From assembly GCF_052425735.1 (NCBI RefSeq), contig NC_135767.1, positions 18,042,001 through 18,106,000 of the forward strand: a stretch of 64,000 nucleotides of DNA, given 5' to 3'. Below the pieces are notes generated by a model. It was not told where the DNA came from. It did no database searches and saw only the letters and a program-made list of their open reading frames with translations. Shown in pieces: positions 38,861-49,729 of this stretch (positions are counted from its first letter, which is position 1; every line of letters starts with the position of its first letter). Source of the stretch: Oculina patagonica (lineage: Eukaryota). The position numbers and the translations under genes were made by a program.

Positions 38861-39170
38861 GCATATTCGATGGTGAAAGGTTTCATCGGGTAAGAGCAGC
38901 AAAAAACCGTACAGCTTAGATTTATGATCACAAAACATTGCCGTTTTACAAAATAAAATCAATTCTGCTTAATCCCGAAAATGTTCCAAAAAACAGAAAA
39001 AAACTTGTTACTCCGTCTTAGCTTTTGAACAGGAGCGATTCTTCCAAACGTAATACAAATTTGCTTTTACTATAGCTCACCTAAACTGTTTATTAAAACT
39101 TCTTACTTCTGGATTTGTGTCAGATATAATTTAAGACATTTTTGAAGGTTTCTTTTATTTATTTCCGCTT

Positions 39171-40079
39171 TCAACCCGAACAATTACCCAACTGTCTAAT
39201 TATGTCCTTTACTGCTTGTTTTACTCCGTTAATTTTCCAACAGTAAAGAATCGGGTTCAGAGATGAGTTTAAGAATACAAGAGTAATTGCCAGTCGAACA
39301 GCAAGATTAAGCGAAGTAGAGTGGCGGGCCATAGCGACAACTATAGCATAAGGAAGATAACATGCTATCATTGTTATCTGCACCCACAGTGTTGTGGACA
39401 CTGACTTTCTGTACCGTGCTATATTTGGAGAATTTCTTCCTCTGTTCGGTTGTCCCTGCATTGCATTGCGATGACAACGGAGTGTCAGATAGATAATAAA
39501 GTAAGAAAACGCTGAGATTGCCAGAGAGGAATAAATAAAGACAGAAATCACCCTGGATATGAGAACGTACTTCCAAAACCATCGTAAACTGCAAGTGGCA
39601 ATGTTAAGAATCCAAATGAAAACCACTATTGCGCGTGTTCGCCCCAAAGTTACTGTTTGTCTGTATCTTAATCCCAAACGAAGAGCAAGAAGTCTATCTA
39701 CGCTTATTGCCGTTATTGTTAGCAAAGATATTCCCCCTAAACTTGCACCAGCGATTTTGTTGATGGTTTCAACAGTGTAACAGAGTTGTACTCTTTTGTG
39801 TGTTATAGACATCAACTGAATGACAAATACAGGTTGTGCCAAAACACCAACACAAAGATCCGTCACTGCTAGGTACTGGAACATCAGTTTTGACGGCGGA
39901 TGAAGGGAAGACAGCTTTCGAAGAGCAACAAAGATAAAAGCATTTCCCAAAGATGCTGTTACGGCGAGAAGAACGTTAAATGCTGCTAGCGAATGTATAA
40001 AGTGATTTCCGTGAAAGGACGACGTGCAAGCTATCGTTTGTAATGTTTCGTAGATTCCATCCTTGGTAAAGTTCGACAT
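39171..40079 (-). CDS. G7: intronless class A orphan GPCR, 302 aa
   Basis: Intact ORF with LGN, LAVTD, SVDRL, CYLPY and NSSLNPILY motifs. Confidence 0.95.
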   Translation of the reverse strand: MSNFTKDGIYETLQTIACTSSFHGNHFIHSLAAFNVLLAVTASLGNAFIFVALRKLSSLHPPSKLMFQYLAVTDLCVGVLAQPVFVIQLMSITHKRVQLCYTVETINKIAGASLGGISLLTITAISVDRLLALRLGLRYRQTVTLGRTRAIVVFIWILNIATCSLRWFWKYVLISRVISVFIYSSLAISAFSYFIIYLTLRCHRNAMQGQPNRGRNSPNIARYRKSVSTTLWVQITMIACYLPYAIVVAMARHSTSLNLAVRLAITLVFLNSSLNPILYCWKINGVKQAVKDIIRQLGNCSG

Positions 40080-41715
40080 TGCTTCGTTATCTTATTGTTC
40101 CGAAAGCAAAAAGAACAGTATTGAAAAAGATAATTATGCTTAATATTTATGCGTTATATATTTTTCCAGCTGTCTCGAAGACTGACAGAAAATACGAATT
40201 TACTCTTTACTCCAACAGTATTAGGTTTTTGTTCATAGCTTTTTAAAAATATATCTATGGATAATATGGCCGAAATTGATCCTAAAATTGAAGAGTGTTC
40301 GAGGGTAATTTTCATTCACGATAATTACGAAAAAAATATATAATTGAAGCTCTAACCGTACGTTAATCATGAATTTTTTATTTGGATTTGTTGTTTTGAT
40401 TTGTGCTTAAAATGTAAACCGAATGATGAGAGGATTTCTTTATTACGTCAAAAACTTAAAATCCAAATTTATTAGCAATATATTTGTCTCTTGTAATATA
40501 TTATTGATTTTGTTGGACCATTTTTTTTTTTTCAATTAAATAAAACGGAATAAATTGAAAAAGGATTGCTTTCTGGGCGCAATATTCGGGATGTAGAAAA
40601 CTTAATAGCGAAAGCCTTAAGGTGTCACCTTAAAGAAAATTTCGTGACCATCATATGAGATAAAACGCTTTTAACAAAAGATCAATTAGGACTTCACCGA
40701 TCAGAGTTTTTCTAATACATCCTAATTGGTTTTTTTCGCAAAGTCTTTATGCTATTTAATTTTCTTTCCCTCCAAAAGACGAGGTCAACAGTAGTTGTTG
40801 GCCACATCGCAAATTTATTTCATCTGTTTACTTTAAGGTGACGTTTTACTTTCGACACGTTTCGCAGCACAAATTCTTTGGAGATCGTTTTCACGCGACT
40901 TCCTCAAAATTCTAAATTCAAAACTATTGACCCACAAGTGAATTTCGGCCACCGAGCGAAAGTATTACGTCAGTACGTTTTAATTTAAGCAACGTTAAAT
41001 TAAGTTTTAGCTTTAATTATCCTTTTTCACAAAGTACCGAAACTGAAATCCCACTCAAAAACTGCATAGGAAATTTAGGAAAGGCCTCAAGGGGACTACG
41101 GAAGCAAAGCCTGAATCAAGAAAAAGGTCATACGATAATAAAAGAGCTCTATAAAAGCTAAATTAAAAAAAGAATATGAGTTTTAACAACAGTTTTAAAG
41201 CGTCAAGTGTTTTAATATTACCTCCCACGCGCGCCTTCGAGCGGAGCATCCATACCTAAGCGAAATTAGTAAATCGATGAAGCCGAAACATTTTTGGGGC
41301 CGCCGCCCCAAAAAGGAGTGAATGGCCGCCGCCCCAGTAGGCCTAGGGACGAGATTTCCCAACGATTTCCCGTGTCGGGAAGGGAAACGCGGAAATTGAA
41401 GGAAACTACAAACTGCAAACAGACCGCAGGGCAAGTCAAAATATAGACAGTGAGTGTATTAAACCCAGTGCGTAATTTGGTGTTCACGCAAAAAAAAGAA
41501 AAGAACTGTCGCTCTCTGGTCGCATTTTGCGTAACTCTAAAAGGGATGAGGCCCAGGTTGCAAGTTAACCCATTGTCGGCTAGAGTAGCTTAATATTAAT
41601 CCTATTTCCAGGTTTGAAGTCTGTGGATGATATTTCTCATTTACAGCTAGACAGGTAACTAACTTTGGGTTCTTTGGATGAAGCCCAGTTTGTGAAAATT
41701 AAAACGTTTTTATCT

Positions 41716-42630
41716 TTAACTTCCGAGAACACAATTACACAACTGTCTAATTATGACATTCACTGCTTGTCTTACACTGTTAATCTTCCAACAGTAAAGA
41801 ATCGGGTTAAGAGATGAGTTTAAGAATACAAAAGTTATAGCTATTCGAGCAGCAAGGTTAAGCGCGGTAGAGTGGCGCGCCATAGCGACAACTATAGCAT
41901 AAGGAAGGTAGCAAGCTATCAATGCTAACTGAACACATAGTGCTGTGGACACTGTCTTTCTGTATCGTGCTATGTTCAGAGAATTTCCTCCTTTGTTCTC
42001 TTGTCCCTGCATTGCATTTTGATGTCGACGAAGTTTCAGATAGATAATTAAGTAAGAGAGTGCTGAGATTGCCAGAGAGGAGTGAATTGAGACAGAAATC
42101 ACCCTGGAAATTACAACGGGCTTCCAAAACCGTCGCAAACTGCAAGTGGCAATATTAAGAATCCAAATGATGATCACCATTGTGCGTGCTCGTCTCAAAG
42201 TCACTGTTTGTCTGTATCTTAATCCCAAAAGCAGAGCAAGAAGTCTGTCCACGCTTATTGCTGTTAGTGTAAGCAAAGACACTCCGCCTAAAGTTGCACC
42301 GGTTATTTTGTTAATGCTTTCGACAGTGTGACAAAGCTGTACTCTTTTGTGTGTTAAAGACATCAACTGAATGACAAATAGCGGTTGAGCCAAAACACCA
42401 ACACATAGATCCGTCACTGCTAGGCACTGGAACATCAGTTTTGACGGCGGATAAAGGGACGACTCCATTCGAAGAGCAGCAAGGATCAGAGTGTTTCCTA
42501 GAGTTGCTGTAATGGCAAGAAGAACCTTTAAAGCTGCAAGTGAGTATATAAAGTGTTTCCCATGAAGAGACGATGTGCAAGCTACCGCTTGTAACGATTC
42601 GTAGATTCCATTCTTAGTAAAGTTTGACAT
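41716..42630 (-). CDS. G8: intronless class A orphan GPCR, 304 aa
   Basis: Intact ORF with the same motif set; closest to G7. Confidence 0.95.
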   Translation of the reverse strand: MSNFTKNGIYESLQAVACTSSLHGKHFIYSLAALKVLLAITATLGNTLILAALRMESSLYPPSKLMFQCLAVTDLCVGVLAQPLFVIQLMSLTHKRVQLCHTVESINKITGATLGGVSLLTLTAISVDRLLALLLGLRYRQTVTLRRARTMVIIIWILNIATCSLRRFWKPVVISRVISVSIHSSLAISALSYLIIYLKLRRHQNAMQGQENKGGNSLNIARYRKTVSTALCVQLALIACYLPYAIVVAMARHSTALNLAARIAITFVFLNSSLNPILYCWKINSVRQAVNVIIRQLCNCVLGS

Positions 42631-43034
42631 CGCCTCGTTATCTTTGAGCTTCGAAGAGAAAAGACCAGTATTGAAAACATAATGTTCTTAAAATTTATGA
42701 GTTAGCTATTTGTACAGCCGTTTCGTTGACTGACACGGAGTTTAATTAAAAAATACAAATATTACTCTTTACTCGAACAAATTGTTAAGGTTTTTATTAT
42801 AGCTTTTCACAAAATAATCTACATGTAATAAGGTCAAAAATTGATCATTAATCACAGCCAATTTTATAATTTTCTTTCATAATATGATATCAATTATAAT
42901 TAATGCTCTGGTTCGTGTGAAATTGTGGCATTTTCCCATATCTGGAATTTTCTTGTTTTGATTTGTGCATAAAATATAAACTGTATTGATAGAAGGACTT
43001 TTCATTTTTTTCCGTATTCACGTCCAAGCCTTAA

Positions 43035-43649
43035 CCCTTTGACCCCCACATTTTCCTCAAAAAACGCGTTTTTTTAGCCGCTAAACTGAAATTTTGGTGC
43101 TATGGTCTGGAATTTACCTCAACTTTGCTAAAGAAGCACTTTTTCACACTTCAGCAACATTTTCATAAAGATTCTGTGTAAAAATGTAGAATATTTTACT
43201 TTGGTGCATGCGCATAAGCCGAAATTTGGACTTTTTTTTTTTTTTTTTTTTTTTTGCTGAACCGTTCCAAATTGTTTTTTTTGCCCCTTTGCTTCCTTTT
43301 TTTCTCGCTTTCTTATTCTCGTTACCTTCTACTCTTCATATCCTATCTTTTGGCCAAAAAAGTTTTGACATTATCAATGGAAAACCCTGAAAAGGGGACC
43401 TTGACCAATTACAGGTGTACTGGCCTCTTTAACAACGATTTTGCACCAAAAATGGATTTTGTTTTTCTTTGATTAGCTCTGTCAGAATGCAACTGATATT
43501 CAAAATGAACAGTCCTGTAGAAAGGTCGATTCAAGCTCTATCAGATTCTTATCACGAAATTCCACTGACGTGCTAATTAATGACGTCACAAGTGAATCAA
43601 TGACTGCACCTCCAAATAGCGCCTGAATGCGCGTTTAGGAGTGAAAGGG
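43035..43649. mobile_element. piggyBac-type MITE upstream of G8
   Basis: TTAA-CCCTTTGACCCC...GGAGTGAAAGGG-TTAA; absent from the paralogous G7 upstream region (~40445-40475). Confidence 0.88.
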
Positions 43650-44762
43650 TTAATTTAATCTAAACTTATTAGCGATATATTTGGTGATGTGTGTCACCAC
43701 TGACTTTGGTTCCAAATTTAATTTTTGTGGGACCATTTTTGGACGACTGGAAAAAAGTGAATAAATTGAAAAGAAGATGGCTTTCAAGCTGTAAAAAGAA
43801 TCGAAAAGAAATAAATGGCAAAAGACGTGACCTAAAAGGCAATTTTCTGGCTATCCCATAAGTAAAACGCCTCCTAACAAAAGATCAATATAGGAGTCTT
43901 CACCGATGAGAGATTTTTAATAAATCATAACTGCTTCTTTTGTAAAGTCTTTATAGTTTTTCCTCCGAAAGAGGAAGGTCAGCATTACCTGTTGGCCACG
44001 TCACAAACTTATTATTCTGTTTACCTTAACTTAAGATTTCACATATGTTTCGCAACACGAATTTTTTGTAGATCGTTTTCACTTCGCGCGGCATCATCAA
44101 AATTCTAAAATCAAAACTAGATCTTGCAGCTGATCAATATAGATGATAAATCTGTCAAACTGCAATGTGAGGATTTGTCAAAAAAGTCAATTTTAATTTG
44201 GCGTATGGAATAAATCTTGCTTGTGTGTAAAACTCGCCTCACACATGAACAAAAAACAGAAGTATTTCTAATGTCAACTAAAAAAGTTAAACCCGACACA
44301 ATTTTCGCTTATTAAATAAGCCCATAAAAAACCGCCATTTTTAATGCGCAAGCTTCGCGTGAAATAAGAATGCACACAATTCAATACTGGGGAATAACCT
44401 TGATTTAGGAAATGCACAATTTCAATGGTTTATAATTTAAACGATGCAAGTGCCTAAGAAATCTGACAAATGACGTATCCGTTTAATATCAACTTATTTG
44501 AAAGAGAGAATCCAAGAAAAGTTTAGGCCTTAAAATTTTTGTCAATATTTGCTACCGACTAACAGTCAATCACAACCAAAATGACGTCTGACACTTGATT
44601 ATTTTAATAAGCGTATAATAACGCTTTAGCTTTAGGTCATTCCACCGCACTGAGATTCTTGTCAAACTTTGTCTATTGGCTGTCTATCTTGTAGAAAATT
44701 ACATTTTGAAATAACACGGGGTTCCCCCCACTTGCTCAGGAGCAATAACACCTTGTTCTTTA

Positions 44763-45158
44763 TAGCTAATTCGAGAAAGGTTGTCGGGAAAAAACACAAA
44801 AGTGCACGCGACAAGACCGAAAGGTGGTCTGGGTATTCACTTAAATTTTGCATATTGGCCTAGAAAAAATGTACAAGTTTGTATTTTTGCACGTGAAGAT
44901 TTTGTTTTTCCTCTCAGGAGGCCTTTTTCTGTAGCTTTCCTTTTCTGTCGCATGCCTTTGAGTTTTGAAAATTCTTCTAAAATTCAGCGTGGCTAAAAGT
45001 TCCTTGTTTCCACATGTCTAAAGAGAAAAAAAAACAGGAAAATTCGCGTTTGTCATGTTGCAATCTTATTAGTATTAGTATTTTACTTCTACCCAAACTA
45101 CCTTTCGGTCTTGTCGCGTGCACTCTTGTGCTTTTTCCGACCTTTCTCGAATTAGCTG
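44763..45158. mobile_element. MITE with ~70-bp terminal inverted repeats
   Basis: AGCTAATTCGAGAAAGG...GTGCACGCGACAAGACCGAAAGGT.G..TGGGTA and its reverse complement at ~45090-45157. Confidence 0.85.
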
Positions 45159-45449
45159 TTTACAAAATAATTCAGTTATTATTATAATCACGGGGGCTTA
45201 GTTAAATCGCGTTTCTGACGATTGCTTGTTATTCTACACTAGTCTGTATTTATTACTTTACAGAAAGACAGTCATTGCTAAATTTAAAACAAGAGAAAAG
45301 GACGATGGGTCACCATACTCGCTCACGAAAAAATGACGATTTACATCTTTGGCCCATAAAAAAGCCGCCATTTTTTAAGCCCACGCTTCGCGTGAAATTA
45401 GAATGCACACAATTGAATACTGGGGAATAACCTTGATTTAGGAAATGCA

Positions 45450-45735
45450 TAAAAGCAGTTTTCACTTGAGTGTCAAAAGTAATTGGTTTTTGCATTGGTT
45501 TTGCATTACTACGCTCTGGATTGGTTTAAAACTTCCGCGGCACTTTCTCAGCCAATCAGAAGTAAAACCAAAACCAATCGGGACTCGCTCGCGCACTTTT
45601 TCCCGCGCTTCGTGTCGGCAGCATGCATTTGCTTCGAGTATTGATTGGTTTACTGGATTGTCTGTGCTCTTTGTAATTAGCTAGAGTGATAACTTTGGTT
45701 TTGCTTTTACGAAACTCAATTGAAAACTGCTCTAA
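45450..45735. mobile_element. Palindromic MITE
   Basis: AGCAGTTTTCACTTGAGT...ACTCAATTGAAAACTGCT termini, with nested GATTGG/CCAATC inverted motifs. Confidence 0.8.
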
Positions 45736-45743
45736 GGCAAGTA

Positions 45744-46081
45744 CCGTAAATTTCCGGGTTTAAGCCCCCCGCTTTTACGTCCCTCCGGTTATAGGCCCAT
45801 CTACCTGGAAACAAAAAATGCATCCGATTATAACCCCCCCCAACCCCCGATATAAGCCCCCCTCTGTTGGATGACAGTACTAAACAGGGCTAAATGTTGC
45901 TTTATTATGTGTTTTATCTTAAAAGCGTATTTCGATCAACACTCCCGTGGCTCGTTTCGAAATGTTTTTTCTTTTATTCCGCTTATAAGCCCTCCCGGAT
46001 ATAAGCCCCTCCGTTTATAATCCCACACAAAACCCCTTACGACGTTGTATAAGCCCAGGGCTTATAACTGGAATTTTATGG
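45744..46081. mobile_element. Tc1/mariner (pogo-like) MITE, copy A
   Basis: TA-CCGTAAATTTCCG...GGAATTTTATGG-TA; TATAAGCCC repeats; inverted copy at 57763..58075. Confidence 0.88.
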
Positions 46082-46161
46082 TATTGAACCAAATCCTTAA
46101 TCACGTTATTTAAGTCATTGGGTCTCTTTTATTAATATGAATCGGAGTTGTTACTCGAGAA

Positions 46162-46345
46162 CATAATGTGATTTGCGCGATGCAGTCGTTGTGTCACCCA
46201 CATATGACCACTGCTCACCATTAGAGTTCTCAGTAGCTCAGTGGTTAGAGCGTCCGACTAGTGTACGGAAGGTCGTGGGTTCGAGTCCCATCTGTGAACT
46301 CGGAATCTTTTTCTGAGTTCTTTCTCTCCGCACATCAATCCATTA
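46162..46345 (+). mobile_element. Short retroposon with an internal tRNA-like Pol III module (46224-46301)
   Basis: A box TAGCTCAGTGG, B box GGTTCGAGTCC, T-run afterwards; flanked by 11-bp direct repeat TTACTCGAGAA (46151-46161 and 46346-46356). Confidence 0.8.
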
Positions 46346-46473
46346 TTACTCGAGAAACGTCCATTATAAAATGAAGTCAAACAAAGATTTATAACAATCC
46401 AAGTTTTATTGGCTTCTCTTGTACAATCAGTGCAATTTTTGGGGAACTTTGATTTCCTTTTTGTTCACGTGAC

Positions 46474-49400
46474 TTAGAAGTCACCTGACCCAGACCCAGA
46501 TCCCCCATCGGTTGCCACGCACCTTCCCCAGTAAATGTTGCTTGTCGTCTGTTCGCAGAGGGAGCCAGATACACAAGGACATGCTTGTAAAGATTGCTGC
46601 GAAGTAAGATGAGAGTATTACTTAAAGAAAACATGTTTTTTATAAGGCAATTGTAAATTAATGTAGCAACAATGGAAATAGAGCGAGACAGATTACTGAT
46701 CTTTGCCCGGGAGACACCATTTTGACGGAAAAGGCAACCCTTTATTTTTTTATGGCACAGAAATACATATATTTTTTTATCTTTCACATACCCACACAAA
46801 AGAAACCAGGGGCACCTCATCTCTACTTCACTGGTCTGTGGGTTTATTAGAAAATGAATTGAAAGGTTCTTTATAAAGAAATCTAAATAACAGTTTTTCC
46901 TTTCCTTTTCTATACTTCAACTCGTAAAGTTCCTATCCTTTTATATAACTGCAGCATGAAGAAGATCACCCTTTCATATGAAACCTTCCCGTATGGTCCA
47001 CTGTAGGGAGTGCCCCCTTGCCCCCCCACGGGATCTTAGCGATCTTTGTCGAAACTGGCCAGCAAGACCGATATATTCGAGAACAGAATTCCGCTGTTAG
47101 TCAGATTTGTCCTGTCAAATTAGTCAATGTATAAATTTTAGACACTGTTGCGGTGAATTCGTGAGAAAATCTCGTGGTAAAGGCCAGACCGACCGGCTAG
47201 TTCTGACTGATGAAAAGCGCTCTTAGTTAATCTTTCAGTAGTAGTTTCCGATTTTTTTTTTACCTGTAATGGGCACCATCCACGGCCTGGCTTACTCATT
47301 GGCTTACAAAGACCATGTTCATTGTTTCCCACCTTAGCACAGCACTCGTCGTTGTTACATTCTCCGTTATTCATGCAGAATCCTGGTCGTGGTTTGCAAA
47401 ATCCGTCAACACAGTGGTCACCAAGCTTACAGTCATGGATATAGTTGCATTCTCGTTTTTTGCATTTTTCTACAAGAAGACAGCAAATACCATATATTTT
47501 ATTAAATAGACAACTTAGTCCCCAAAGAGCTTTTTAGTAACTTTTTACCTCATTAGTGAACTAACTGTGTAACAATGAAATCTCAAATCTTTGAAATACA
47601 CTTGTGTCTATGGCGAAGGGCTTTTTCGTTTACAATTAGGCCTGTATATCGGCATTTAGCGTGGAATTAGAATTAAGGGAAACGCCGATATTAATTTAAT
47701 TTTTAAAGCGAGCAGCAAGTAGTATTTTTATAAAAAGTTTGAACTTATTTAATTATCTTAAAGGCCTAATTTTCCACTCGACGTAAAAAAATAAATAAAT
47801 CACTTCATTGAAGTGTTAACGTATTTAGCACTGCTGTGCTAATTGAAGGCACCAGGCACTGTAAATAAATGGACAAATATTGTAAATCGAACAGAGACTT
47901 GTTAAATACCCCCAATTGGCAGGATGCCGACCAGTTGGCCGCTTACAAAGCGTGGAGGAGTTGAATTTGGGACCACCGAACACAGTCCATCTAGTGGCAG
48001 GGAGGAGGATTTGAACCCGGAACAAGTCCAGCGCCCTAACCACGAGACCACGCTGCTTCTAACATATAAGAGCCATCTGAGATGGCCTTGAAAAAGGGCC
48101 AGGTTCTAATTTACTGTACAAACCGACACTCACTATCAATGCAAGCGTAGCCAGCTTTACAGTAGCCGTGATATCCGTCATAGCAGTAAGATTCGTATTC
48201 CATGCAGTACCCCGGAGGGTATTCGCAAGCCTGGTTCCCAGGACACTCCGTGTGTTTGATACACTCGCGCTTTTGACAGATGCCACCTTTGCACATATTC
48301 CTAGAGCCACATTCAGCTTGGTGGTAGCATCTTCTTACACCCTTTCTGCAAGCCTGTCGGTATGTGTCGCAGTACTGGTCTTTGGGGCAATGTGCGTGAT
48401 GTGAACATGATCGCTTTACACGGCAATCGCCATTGAGGCAGTAGAATCCATCATAACAGTAACGGTTGCCGCATTTTATCTGAAAGAAAGACAACAAAGT
48501 CAGGTAGAAACGTGAACCACAGCCCAGTCGTAGCACTTATTTATTCTGTTCTCAACGTTGTAAAGCTTAAACTGGATTAATCACATGGGATCAATTTCTT
48601 TCCCAGAACGCAGCGCGCGCTCTCGAGTTCCAGGCTTTTGAGGACAAGATCAGATGAGTTTATCCGTCCTCATGTGAATAGCGAAGGGCGTAAGTGACGT
48701 CCCGACTCTGACAAGACTCAGACAAACAAACCGAAATTGCGGACGATTTTCCTAAAACACTTTCTAAGGCAGCTGGTATTCCTAAAACACTTTCATAAAA
48801 CGAAAACTTCGCCAAGATTCCTTCTATTTCTCTCAGAACACGCTGATGGTTTTTTAAGCCTCGTCCCGGTTATATTCATTTGCATCCTATTTTAAGACCC
48901 TGCGCGCTTTGCTATTCAAGACGATTTATCCGACTTAGACTGATGTTCCGTCCTCAAAATTCGTCTAAAAAAAGGAAAATCGGACGGATAAAATTATCCT
49001 TCTACAATGAATACCGTCCTGTTTTCACACACTAAGACGGATTATCTGTGTTGAACGGATAATCCGTCTAAGACGGATTATTCGTCTCTAGTGTGAAAAC
49101 GGCCCATGTGTTTTTGAGGTTCGGTGATATTCAAAAACTAAATCAATATACAAAACACTTAATTTAAAGCTTTAAGGGAACAGGCTACGTCATTTTAAGT
49201 AATCCTGTTTATTTCCTTTTATTACATGTATTGGCAAAATCAAGCAACCACATCACAAACAAGAATGATTTCCAAATCAATATCAAAAAAACCTGAGGCT
49301 GAGATTGCGAAAATAAATACAGTTGTGCGTTAAATACAATACAGGTACTGTTTTCAGCTAAACAGTACAAAATTCGTCCTTTTTCTACATGGCAAAACTA

Positions 49401-49699
49401 GCCAAGAAACAACAAAGGCAGCAAAACCCGAATGTTTGATACTAATATCATTTCTGAAAGAAGTTATACACCCAAGACATTCTAAAACGGAAATGTCGTA
49501 CGTTATAAAATAAGAATATTAACAAGAAATTTTTCCGACTTAAGAGCATGGGACGGAAAAACAATACTCTTGTAGAAAAATAATGTAAATAGCGACTTAC
49601 ATATCCTCGAGCTAATCCATGGTCTTCTTCTATTTTGATGTCTCCAAAAATAACAACAGCTAAAGATATTAACGTTAAAAATCCTAGAAGAAACTGCAT
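46474..49699 (-). CDS. C1: secreted cysteine-rich protein, 257 aa (six 4-Cys modules + prokineticin/Dkk-CRD2/colipase-like domain + SGSGSG tail); join(49601..49699, 48134..48479, 47264..47469, 46474..46596)
   Basis: All introns GT-AG with phases 0,1,0; 99+346+206+123=774 nt, open frame; signal peptide MQFLLGFLTLISLAVVIFG; 34 Cys; AATAAA at 46405-46410; same structure in two paralogs. Confidence 0.9.
47790..48058 (-). mobile_element. tRNA-derived SINE in C1 intron 2
   Basis: Minus strand GCAGCGTGGTCTCGTGGTTAGGGCGCTGGAC...GGTTCAAATCC (A and B boxes), followed by body and ATTT-type tail. Confidence 0.8.
48690..48830 (+). repeat. Dispersed repeat with an inverted copy at ~50590-50730
   Basis: GACAAACAAACCGAAATTGCGGACGATTTTCCTAAAACACTTTC...CGAAAACTTCGCC versus GGCGAAGTTTTCG...GAAAGTGTTTTAGAAAAATCGTCCGCCATTTCGGTTTGTTTGTC. 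Confidence 0.85.
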
Positions 49700-49729
49700 C
49701 TTAAGAGAGCACGTGTCAAGAAGCCTTTA

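Noticed and set aside
46224-46301. Functional tRNA gene
   Set aside because: The anticodon arm is non-canonical, the acceptor stem pairs poorly, and it lies within a TSD-flanked insertion; treated as a retroposon.
46474-49699. Assigning the gene symbol DKK or PROK
   Set aside because: Only the Cys spacing matches. There is no AVITG N-terminus and no canonical Dkk CRD1, and orthology cannot be shown without a phylogeny.
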